A DNA stretch of 64,000 nucleotides from an uncultured bacterium (GTDB lineage Bacteria; Patescibacteriota; Minisyncoccia; Phycocordibacterales; GWA1-40-21), in NCBI GenBank assembly GCA_963716205.1, contig OY970290.1, positions 367,417 through 431,416 of the forward strand, in the 5' to 3' direction. Shown here one piece after another: positions 1-7,898 of this stretch. The position numbers and the translations under genes were made by a program. The notes under the pieces are model-generated. The model saw nothing but the letters and a program-made list of their open reading frames with translations. It was not told where the DNA came from and did not search any database. Position 1 is the first letter of the stretch. Every line of letters starts with the position of its first letter.

Positions 1-24
1 TATAAGCCAAGTTAATTATTCTTA

Positions 25-336
25 TTATTCTGACCCGAGGAGATAGCCGTTTTCAGTGTGAGTTCCCTTTCTTTCGTTAAAGTCCTTATCAACATCTTCC
101 CACTGATTGTTTGAATTATCCATCGCTCGTTCAGCCGCGTGAATAACAAACTCCATCAGAAGGCCATAATCATCATAATTATCCAGCATTGCCCAATGCA
201 TTCTTTCCAACTCAAGATCAGTCAACTCCCGTTCAACATTTTCTTCTACCATCCCCTTAATCATATCTGCGGTAATCATATACAATACTGGTGATTCCCA
301 TTTATCTTGTGAATAATAATCTTTACGTAGTGCCAT
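25..336 (-). CDS. hypothetical protein (103 aa)
   Basis: ORF directly downstream of the integrase gene on the same strand. No motif recognised. Confidence 0.3.
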   Translation of the reverse strand: MALRKDYYSQDKWESPVLYMITADMIKGMVEENVERELTDLELERMHWAMLDNYDDYGLLMEFVIHAAERAMDNSNNQWEDVDKDFNERKGTHTENGYLLGSE

Positions 337-349
337 AAAATTTTTTAGT

Positions 350-1462
350 TTATTTTAATTTTTTTAATAAATTATCGAGCGATTCCTTCTCCTCTGATGA
401 AAGAGTTACACTGCCGTTGCTATCTTGCCCGGTCTGTATTTCCCTGACAATTTTTGTCGCATCCTTGTCGCTGATATTTCCATACCCATATGACCCAAAA
501 GTCGTTCCAACATTTTCGTGTCCGAGACACAGACTTATTGCCCGTTTTTCTTTTTCCGTCAGTCTTATCTCACTCATCATATGAACAATGAGGTGTCGAA
601 ATGAGTGCGGATTAAAATATGACACTTTTGCGTCCGCACATCTTTTCACGAAAATTTTTCTTGCCCCACCACTGTCACACCAAGATTTTTTAGTTACAAA
701 TTCTTTGGCATGACCAACGTCTTCATTACTCGGCTTATTTGATGTTGATGGAAAGATGGGATCATCAGGTTCGTAATTTTTTGATTTAAGATATGCGATC
801 CATTCCATAACATATTTCTCTGGTTCATTCCATCCGATAGGAAAGAATGTGGAAAGAATTTTTTTAGAAGCTTTCGTCTTGACACCATCACCCGGATTCT
901 GATAAATTTCTTTTGTCCGTTCATTGAAATTTTTCATCTTCAAAGTAATGATAGCAGATATACGCATTCCTGTAATTAGAGCAAAAGAGATCAATGCTCT
1001 ATCCCTCCTATCTATCTCATTCTTTACTTCGATAGTGTCAATAATTTTTTTCACTTCCTCAAAGGTCGGCATGAGTCTCGTGGTGCCAGCAGTCGCAATA
1101 CTAACTTCATTATTGGGAAGGCGTAAAAATTCTACATTGTTTTTTAGCACTTTATTTTTGTAGCCGGGTTGATCTGAAAGCCACATAAAGAATTTTTTAA
1201 TTCTTCGCAAATAATTATACTGCGTCACAATGGTTAAAATTCCCAATTTCGTTTTTGTTTCTTTAACCTTCATCCACTTTATAAAGTCTATCGCTTTAGA
1301 CTTACTAAAGTTAGAAAAATCCTCATACTCAGAGAATGTTTCCCATAAAGAAACAGCTTCTGCGAACGAATCCAATGAACCTTCAACAAACCCCTTGGCA
1401 TACTTTAGATGTTCCAAAAAACTTCTCTTAATTTCCTCGTTTTTGTAATTTGTGTTTGGCAT
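350..1462 (-). CDS. tyrosine recombinase / phage-type integrase
   Basis: C-terminal catalytic motifs are present: R in RDRALISFALITGMRISA, HSFRHLIVH (HxxR) and LGHENVGTTFGSYGY (catalytic Tyr). There is an N-terminal SAM-like region. Confidence 0.75.
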   Translation of the reverse strand: MPNTNYKNEEIKRSFLEHLKYAKGFVEGSLDSFAEAVSLWETFSEYEDFSNFSKSKAIDFIKWMKVKETKTKLGILTIVTQYNYLRRIKKFFMWLSDQPGYKNKVLKNNVEFLRLPNNEVSIATAGTTRLMPTFEEVKKIIDTIEVKNEIDRRDRALISFALITGMRISAIITLKMKNFNERTKEIYQNPGDGVKTKASKKILSTFFPIGWNEPEKYVMEWIAYLKSKNYEPDDPIFPSTSNKPSNEDVGHAKEFVTKKSWCDSGGARKIFVKRCADAKVSYFNPHSFRHLIVHMMSEIRLTEKEKRAISLCLGHENVGTTFGSYGYGNISDKDATKIVREIQTGQDSNGSVTLSSEEKESLDNLLKKLK

Positions 1463-1463
1463 T

Positions 1464-1886
1464 TTAATGATTGTTAGGACTGTTGTTAAAAAAGGACATT
1501 TGGACTGGAGATACGGTTATCTTATAGTCCTTTTTGGCGAGCTTAATTGTCCTGCATACTTTTCCCTTACAGACAGAACATATACCCATCTTATTACCGT
1601 TACGAATACGGGCGGAGCCTCTTTTTGCGGTAGTTGGACCCCTACATGTAAAGCACCAAAATTCATTTGGTTTTAATCTCGCATTCTTTTTTGAATCTTT
1701 ATTTTTCAAAAATTCTTTCAGATCAAAACCATTAATAAGCATTGAATGTTTTCTATCACCAACGGTTCTCAATCCAATTTTTATCCATCGTAAGCAGGTT
1801 TTTTCAACTACACCCAAGAGATCTGGAATTTCTTTAACCAAGTAGCTCCTATGGATATGAATTTTTTTTGAATTGATTTTCGTCAT
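1464..1886 (-). CDS. excisionase-family HTH DNA-binding protein with C-terminal CxxC zinc ribbon
   Basis: KEIPDLLGVVEKTCLRWIKIGL resembles the Xis/MerR-like HTH (..LLGVS..T.YRW...G). A CFTC...CSVCKGKVC zinc ribbon follows. The gene sits immediately upstream of the integrase with a 2-bp gap. Confidence 0.5.
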   Translation of the reverse strand: MTKINSKKIHIHRSYLVKEIPDLLGVVEKTCLRWIKIGLRTVGDRKHSMLINGFDLKEFLKNKDSKKNARLKPNEFWCFTCRGPTTAKRGSARIRNGNKMGICSVCKGKVCRTIKLAKKDYKITVSPVQMSFFNNSPNNH

Positions 1887-2113
1887 AGAGAATTTTTCTG
1901 TGATGATTCCCTATTTTGTTTTTCATCTGATTCATAGAGAGCTGTTATTGCAAAACGTGAAAGCCTCAATAAAGAAAAACCGAAACGATTTGCTTCTTCG
2001 TCCGTCAAATCAATCCCATAATCATGCTTGATTATTATTTTGAATTTTTGTATACTTCCAGCACTAAGTTTTCTTGGTGCTCCGGAATTATTTTTATAAT
2101 TTCGATCTTGCAC
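1883..2113 (-). CDS. small hypothetical protein (GTG start), doubtful
   Basis: The ORF overlaps the Xis-like gene by 4 bp. It has a GTG start and no recognisable motif. Confidence 0.2.
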   Translation of the reverse strand: MQDRNYKNNSGAPRKLSAGSIQKFKIIIKHDYGIDLTDEEANRFGFSLLRLSRFAITALYESDEKQNRESSQKNSL

Positions 2114-2137
2114 ATGCTGATTTTAGAATAAAAAAAA

Positions 2138-2160
2138 TTCCACAAGGGTAGTTGTGAAAA
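2138..2160 (-). terminator. second hairpin (ttccacaa gggtag ttgtgaa) with a T8 run on the minus strand. It shares the TTCACAA/TTGTGAA motif
   Basis: Inverted repeat plus a poly-T run on the minus strand, about 60 bp downstream of the first hairpin. Confidence 0.35.
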
Positions 2161-2225
2161 AATTGTGAATTTACTTAAATTTATTCATCTGGACACTATC
2201 GGATACAGTGTGATGAGGTAGAAAA

Positions 2226-2257
2226 AATTCACAAGTTTCTGTTAAAACTTGTGAATT
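2226..2257 (-). terminator. rho-independent terminator hairpin (aattcacaagttt...aaacttgtgaatt) followed by a T-run on the minus strand. It overlaps the stop of the 2256..3149 gene
   Basis: Perfect 13-bp inverted repeat. On the minus strand it is followed by TTTTTT. Confidence 0.5.
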
Positions 2258-3149
2258 AGAATTTTTTCTTTCTTTGTCGAGCTCTTTTTCTGATGCAGTC
2301 TATATTTTCTCTTATATCGGGGCAGTATTTACCATTATAATCAAACGGTAATGGTTTACTGCAACAATTACATATACTGGATGCTTTGTATAAAGCAACC
2401 ATTTCTTCTGTCATTAAAGACTCCAAATCTTTTGCTATAGCTACAGTGATAAATTTTTTGGTTTCCTCACCCTTATTTTCAATAATTTTCTCAAGATTAT
2501 TCAGAGAATCAGTATTATTAAAACAGACTATTCCATTTTCATTTCCTTCGTCTAACGCTTTCCATAATTTTGAGTATGGTATGTTGACATAAAAAACTGG
2601 TGGCTGTTTTAAATTACTGAAATTTTCCCACAGACCAGTTTTTGTATTCATTATCTGATTATATTTCTTTTTAACGGATGGTTTCAGTCCATCAATAAAA
2701 TAATAATTTACCTCACGTAATTTTAATTCTTCTACAATTTGTTCCTTATTTTCATCTGTATAATTCATAATTTTCCAAAATAGAGGTATCTGTATCATCC
2801 CGGTATAGCTATATAAAGTCAATTGAAAAGCAGAGCCGTAAGAAGATCCAAAAGTTCCGGTAGGAATAAATTTTCTTAAATTATCACCCGCCTGATTAGC
2901 CCATTCTTTTGTTCCACCCAATTTTGGTATAACGCAAAGTTTATTTTCATATTGATCCTCATAACTAATTGCCGTATACATTGTGTATAAATCTTTCACA
3001 TCCAGCGGTTTTATTTTAATAAAATCTATTAGTTGAGACCAGAGAGAGTTTCTCCTCGATAATTCAAAGTCATCGATAATATCATTATTATGATGGTCAG
3101 ACACTAAAATGGCATATCGGATAGGAAATTCATTCGGTAGGCTTTTCAT
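2256..3149 (-). CDS. hypothetical protein (297 aa) with C-terminal Cys cluster
   Basis: Long ORF ending at a terminator hairpin. The C-terminal CNCCSKPL...CPDIRENIDC is possibly a zinc finger. No family recognised. Confidence 0.5.
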   Translation of the reverse strand: MKSLPNEFPIRYAILVSDHHNNDIIDDFELSRRNSLWSQLIDFIKIKPLDVKDLYTMYTAISYEDQYENKLCVIPKLGGTKEWANQAGDNLRKFIPTGTFGSSYGSAFQLTLYSYTGMIQIPLFWKIMNYTDENKEQIVEELKLREVNYYFIDGLKPSVKKKYNQIMNTKTGLWENFSNLKQPPVFYVNIPYSKLWKALDEGNENGIVCFNNTDSLNNLEKIIENKGEETKKFITVAIAKDLESLMTEEMVALYKASSICNCCSKPLPFDYNGKYCPDIRENIDCIRKRARQRKKKF

Positions 3150-3376
3150 CCCCCTACTTTACGTTACAAAACAATAAAATTCAACGCTTCCAATTTTTAT
3201 CGTTATGAGCTATCATTGCGAAGACAATTGAATAAGCAAGTAATCTAAACCGGCGAGCGATTGCTGGCATGATGAAAAGAAAGTCCTACGAAGACAAAAG
3301 ACCCATTATATGGGGTTTGTCTTCGTAGGCCGTATCGGGAAACCGGTGCGAGTGACGCAAGTCACTAACCCATGTA

Positions 3377-3676
3377 ATGGGCCTTTTGTCTGTCGGCAAA
3401 AACCTCCTTGGGTATTATCAGTTTTTAGCATTAAATAAAGTGGAAAAATCACCAAAATTGAGACTCACCGCATTATTATTGTGTTGGTTTTTTGGAGTAT
3501 TTGGCATACATCGTTTCTATGTCGGAAAAGTAGGCACCGGCATACTTTGGCTTTTCACTTTAGGATGTTTCGGGATAGGCGCATTGGTTGATCTCATTAT
3601 GATCGCTTCGGGTTCGTTCAGAGACGGACAAGGTAGACTTGTTCTGCAATGGACCAATTCAGCGACTAAAAACTAA
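3377..3676 (+). CDS. TM2 domain membrane protein
   Basis: The GVFGIHRFYVGKVGTGILWLFTLGCFGIGALVDLIMI pattern is typical of the TM2 domain: two TM helices with a G-rich core. Confidence 0.6.
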   Translation: MGLLSVGKNLLGYYQFLALNKVEKSPKLRLTALLLCWFFGVFGIHRFYVGKVGTGILWLFTLGCFGIGALVDLIMIASGSFRDGQGRLVLQWTNSATKN

Positions 3677-3687
3677 CAAATAAAACT

Positions 3688-4647
3688 ATGGAAACACTTT
3701 TTGTATTTCTCATGCTCGCATCAGTCGTCGGATTGATTGTCGGCCTAACAAAGCCGGAAACAGTGCATTTGAACTCTCGCGGCAAAGTCGGGTTATTTTT
3801 CGGCGGAGCGATTGTGATATTCATCATTCTCACTGGTGCCGGTTCGACGACTCAAACTCAATCAACACCCATTACTGCAACGGCGACGGTTTCAACCACA
3901 ACTTCAAATACATCTCCGGTTGCAACAACTTCCACGTCAACACCAATCGTGCAACCTGTTACTCAAACTCCATCAGTCACAAAAAAGCCTGTGGCAGTTC
4001 AGACGACTCAGCCAGTCGTTTCAACTCCAGTTCAAACTCCTACACCAGTCATAGCACCTGCGCCACAAGCTCCGGCACCATTTACCATCTCAGGCACGGG
4101 ACAAACTGCATCTCGTCAGTTTACTCTCCAGCAAGGACTTGCGATTTTTACAATGAATTATAGCGGAGCTGGTAATTTCATTGTTGACCTTTTGGATAGC
4201 AGTGGGAACGAAGTAGCCAATCTTGCGAATCAGATCGGCAATTACAGCGGTTCTCAGGCGGTCCAAATTCCTGGGACAGGTTCATACATTTTCAATGTGC
4301 AGGCAGGAAGCGCCACTGAAAGCGGATCGTGGAGTATTACAACCAGCCAGCCGATTCCCACCAATGTCTCATCAGTAACTACGCTTACCGGCACTGGTGA
4401 CAAAGCTACTCAATTTTTCAGTCTCTCATCAGGACTCCATACCTTCAACATGAGCTATAACGGCAGTGGTAACTTCATTGTCAGTCTTTTGGACCAGAAT
4501 GGAAACGAGGTGCAGGGACTTGAAAATGTTATTGGTAGTTTCACTGGATCAACTGCCGTTGGCATTGATGCCTCAGGTCCATACCTGCTCAATGTGACGG
4601 CGGGATCGGCAAATTCGGCTGGAAATTGGAGTATCAGTATACAGTAA
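3688..4647 (+). CDS. membrane-anchored surface protein. It has a Thr/Pro/Val-rich linker and two tandem ~95-aa repeat domains
   Basis: There is an N-terminal TM helix and a low-complexity TTSTSTP/QTPTPV linker. Two homologous modules are present: FTISGTGQTASRQFTLQQG...GNFIVDLLDSSGNEV... and LTGTGDKATQFFSLSSG...GNFIVSLLDQNGNEV... Confidence 0.6.
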   Translation: METLFVFLMLASVVGLIVGLTKPETVHLNSRGKVGLFFGGAIVIFIILTGAGSTTQTQSTPITATATVSTTTSNTSPVATTSTSTPIVQPVTQTPSVTKKPVAVQTTQPVVSTPVQTPTPVIAPAPQAPAPFTISGTGQTASRQFTLQQGLAIFTMNYSGAGNFIVDLLDSSGNEVANLANQIGNYSGSQAVQIPGTGSYIFNVQAGSATESGSWSITTSQPIPTNVSSVTTLTGTGDKATQFFSLSSGLHTFNMSYNGSGNFIVSLLDQNGNEVQGLENVIGSFTGSTAVGIDASGPYLLNVTAGSANSAGNWSISIQ

Positions 4648-4668
4648 CCAAACTCAATAATTTAAATT

Positions 4669-5544
4669 ATGCAGTATCCTAAAATAATAACGAAAGAAAT
4701 TCCACTTGATCAAATTCATCCAGATCCGAAACAACCTAGAGGAGATTTGGGAACAGAGGCAGATAATAACAAAAATCGTTTGTTGTTATCTATGAAAGAC
4801 TTTGGATTGCGATCCCCCATCGCTGTTGCAAAGATTGGCGAAAATAAATACAGTATCGTCAATGGTGTTCGTCGTTATCGTTGTGCTCAATTGCTCGGCT
4901 GGGAAACTATACGGTCTGAAATTCACCCCGAATCGAGTATAGGAGATATTAAGCGAATCAGGTTTGATCTTCAAAATAATGTGCGTCCGTGGAAAGCCCT
5001 TGAACGTTCTGGTGAGATCAAGGAAATTAAAAATTCTTTGAAACTCAAAACGAACAAGGAACTTGCTGAATATCTTCACTTTCCTCAAAATTTACTCGCC
5101 GTTTCCCTCTCACTCCAGAAGAGACGTGAGGAGTATCAGGATTTAATGGACGAATATGAACTTTCTGAAAGTTATCAGGAAGAATTTGTTGGCCTTGAGC
5201 CGAAAATCAGACCAATCAAAGATTTTACTAAAGATAACATCATACGTAATCTTCTCGACAGAGTAAAACATATGATTATAAAAAGTGCGAAGGATTTTTA
5301 TAAATTAGGTAGTATTTTTCTCAAAGCTCACCGAAACGAAAAGGAAATTCATAACTTCTTGAAGGACCCGGATATGCGAGTATCGGAGCTTGTAGAAAGA
5401 ACAATTCAAGATGGCTATATGAAGGATTTGGAAAATATCATAAAATTGACAAGCACGAAGATTAGCGAAGGATATGTATTTTCTCCCGAGATAAAAAAAA
5501 TACTTAATCAATTTAGAAACTTATTAACTAAAGCTATTGATTAG
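4669..5544 (+). CDS. ParB-like nuclease domain protein
   Basis: N-terminal PLDQIHPDPKQPRG...IVNGVRRYRCAQLLG matches the ParB/Srx N-domain (GxRRxxA motif). A long helical C-terminus follows. Confidence 0.55.
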   Translation: MQYPKIITKEIPLDQIHPDPKQPRGDLGTEADNNKNRLLLSMKDFGLRSPIAVAKIGENKYSIVNGVRRYRCAQLLGWETIRSEIHPESSIGDIKRIRFDLQNNVRPWKALERSGEIKEIKNSLKLKTNKELAEYLHFPQNLLAVSLSLQKRREEYQDLMDEYELSESYQEEFVGLEPKIRPIKDFTKDNIIRNLLDRVKHMIIKSAKDFYKLGSIFLKAHRNEKEIHNFLKDPDMRVSELVERTIQDGYMKDLENIIKLTSTKISEGYVFSPEIKKILNQFRNLLTKAID

Positions 5545-5546
5545 AT

Positions 5547-6917
5547 ATGTTTACTATTGACGAAAAAAATCTTCCGAAAAAAGCTGTAGCATATTATAGA
5601 CATTCGGCGGAAGACAAACAGGAAAATTCAGTGCCCATCCAGCGTGAGCACGCTGTAAAATTCGCTTCCCAACACGGAATAGAAATTATTCATGAGGAAG
5701 CCGATGAAGGAATAAGTGGATTATCGGGTCTGGACTCAAGACCTAGTTTCAAAAGATTGTTTGAAGAATGGATTGAAAATCCAAAAGCTCCTAAATTTGA
5801 TTATGTGCTTGTGCTTGATGAATCACGTTGGGGAAGATTTCAAAATCCTGACGAAGCAGGACATTTGCAATTTCGTTGTAGTCAACAAGATAAACAAGTG
5901 ATTTATATTGATAGTGGTTTCCCTAGAAAAGATCAACCACTCATGAATAATCTAGCTACTTCTATGAAACGAGCTATGGCCGCCGAGTATAGTCGCAATT
6001 TGAGCGAAAAAGTGATTCGTGGATGTATAGAAATTTCAAGACAGGGATATTCTGCCGGTGGTTGTCCTTGTTATGGCATGGCTCGTATGCTTCTCGATGC
6101 TGAGAAAAAACCAATGTATGTATTAAAACCCGGCGAGCATAAAGCAATTGCCAATGCCCGTGTTACCTTTGTGCCAGCCGAGGACGGAACCAAAGAAGTT
6201 GTTCAAGATATTTTTGCGATGTTTGTCAAAGAACAGAAGACGATGAAAGAAATTGCAGAGGTTCTCAACGAAAAAGGTATTCCCTCTCCGAAAAATAAAA
6301 ATTGGGATGATAATAAGATAGCTCGCATCCTTACCAACGAATCATACATTGGCACAAAGACATATAATAAAACGTGGCATCGTCTCAAACAAAAATCAAA
6401 GAAAAATCCTAAAAGTGATTGGGTTATCGTGCCAAACGCTTTTCCAGCAATTATTGATGTCACAACTTTCAATAGTGCTCAAGAAACCATTCATTGGATG
6501 ATGACAAAACACAGAAAGGGTGGCTACTATCTCATCCTAAGAACACAGCGTCGTGTCGAAAAGGAATTAACAGAATTTTTAATACAGAATGGAATTGATC
6601 CGAATGAATCGCTCGTAGCACTGAATCGCTTCCCTATCATTTACAGTGTTGCTTTATTAAACCAGTCTTCTCCTCAATGGTGTTTTGTCGTGCCAGATAA
6701 AATGATGGGCAGTAATTTAGTATTAGGTGTTGGAATTGGTGCAGATAAATCAGAAAAGAATGAGCGCATATTTGCTATTCCCACAAATGAATTAGGGCTG
6801 GTGAATTTCTGTATGTTTTCAGAGAAAGATGATGACTACTCGCGTTATTTTGTGAAAGAGGAACAAGTTGGAGATACAGTTCTATCTATCACCAAAGAGT
6901 TAATAAACGCTATATAA
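5547..6917 (+). CDS. large serine recombinase
   Basis: Resolvase-type N-domain motifs are present: AVAYYRHSAEDKQ (catalytic Ser), EGISGLSGLDSRPSFKRL and VLVLDESRWGR. A recombinase domain and a Cys-containing region follow. The start is 3 bp after the ParB-like gene. Confidence 0.75.
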   Translation: MFTIDEKNLPKKAVAYYRHSAEDKQENSVPIQREHAVKFASQHGIEIIHEEADEGISGLSGLDSRPSFKRLFEEWIENPKAPKFDYVLVLDESRWGRFQNPDEAGHLQFRCSQQDKQVIYIDSGFPRKDQPLMNNLATSMKRAMAAEYSRNLSEKVIRGCIEISRQGYSAGGCPCYGMARMLLDAEKKPMYVLKPGEHKAIANARVTFVPAEDGTKEVVQDIFAMFVKEQKTMKEIAEVLNEKGIPSPKNKNWDDNKIARILTNESYIGTKTYNKTWHRLKQKSKKNPKSDWVIVPNAFPAIIDVTTFNSAQETIHWMMTKHRKGGYYLILRTQRRVEKELTEFLIQNGIDPNESLVALNRFPIIYSVALLNQSSPQWCFVVPDKMMGSNLVLGVGIGADKSEKNERIFAIPTNELGLVNFCMFSEKDDDYSRYFVKEEQVGDTVLSITKELINAI

Positions 6918-6949
6918 ATTTATAATTATTTTGTATTAAAATAAACAGT

Positions 6950-7222
6950 ATGAAGCGAAAAAGTAAAAAGCGATTGAAAAAGAAATCCACTAAGATAAAA
7001 GATGAGGTGGATAAATTATCTTTAAAGCGTTATCAAGACATTGAGAACGGAAAAGTTTTACCGACATTTATAGAATTTTTCAAACTTTGTATTATTTTTG
7101 ATATAGCGGAAAACGTAAATCTAAAATGGTCCTATCCGTCGCTTTACAAAGACCTGAAACGAAAGATTGATGCGAGGAAAAAAGAAATAGATACTTTAAA
7201 GGTCTTGAAAAAGAAGCAATAA
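6950..7222 (+). CDS. small basic protein, possible XRE-like HTH
   Basis: LKRYQDIENGKVLPTFIEFFKLCIIFDI resembles the C-terminal half of the Cro/C1 HTH (E.G...P....L.K.......). Confidence 0.3.
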   Translation: MKRKSKKRLKKKSTKIKDEVDKLSLKRYQDIENGKVLPTFIEFFKLCIIFDIAENVNLKWSYPSLYKDLKRKIDARKKEIDTLKVLKKKQ

Positions 7223-7299
7223 AATAGTTGAAATAAAACTTGATATGTGACATTATGTAATTGAAAAGCGTAATTGCTACTAGCATAAAATAATTAAAT

Positions 7300-7869
7300 A
7301 TGGATAAAGATATAAAAATTGGAATCGCAGTAATTATCGGTATCGCTCTAATAACCGGAGCTTATTTAATTGGACAAAAATCAAACACTTCTTCTCAACA
7401 AGAAGTAAGTGTGCCGAATCCAACTTCTTCAGAAGTGACAGCACAAACTCAACCCAGCACTGCTAATAATCAAACTGCGGAAGATAATACTTCGAATACT
7501 AATAATGACTTATTTAATAAACAACAGACATGTTCACAAATACTAAATAATTTTGAGGAGGAGCAACAATCACAATACACTAAACTTGGCGTAACTTCTT
7601 TTACACTTACAAATTTTGTTGTCGGTTACAGTCCTATACTAAATGTTTGTGTTGGAGGATATAATGCTGTTAGTCAACCGGGTGGAAACTTTGCTGGCAT
7701 TCTTAGTCAGTATACGATTATAAACTTAAACACAAACCAAGCCCTTGCTGTTCCCGGTGAAGGTTCAATCACTACTTATATAGAAGATAGTAATCCTTCT
7801 TATCCAAATCATCAATATCAGCAATATCTTAACGAACTGTCTTATTTAACAAATGGGGAAATTCATTGA
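7300..7869 (+). CDS. membrane-anchored or secreted S/T/N/Q-rich protein
   Basis: N-terminal TM or signal sequence (IGIAVIIGIALITGAYLIG) followed by a low-complexity polar region. Confidence 0.4.
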   Translation: MDKDIKIGIAVIIGIALITGAYLIGQKSNTSSQQEVSVPNPTSSEVTAQTQPSTANNQTAEDNTSNTNNDLFNKQQTCSQILNNFEEEQQSQYTKLGVTSFTLTNFVVGYSPILNVCVGGYNAVSQPGGNFAGILSQYTIINLNTNQALAVPGEGSITTYIEDSNPSYPNHQYQQYLNELSYLTNGEIH

Positions 7870-7898
7870 TTAGAATTGAATGCAAATTATCTTGTTCT

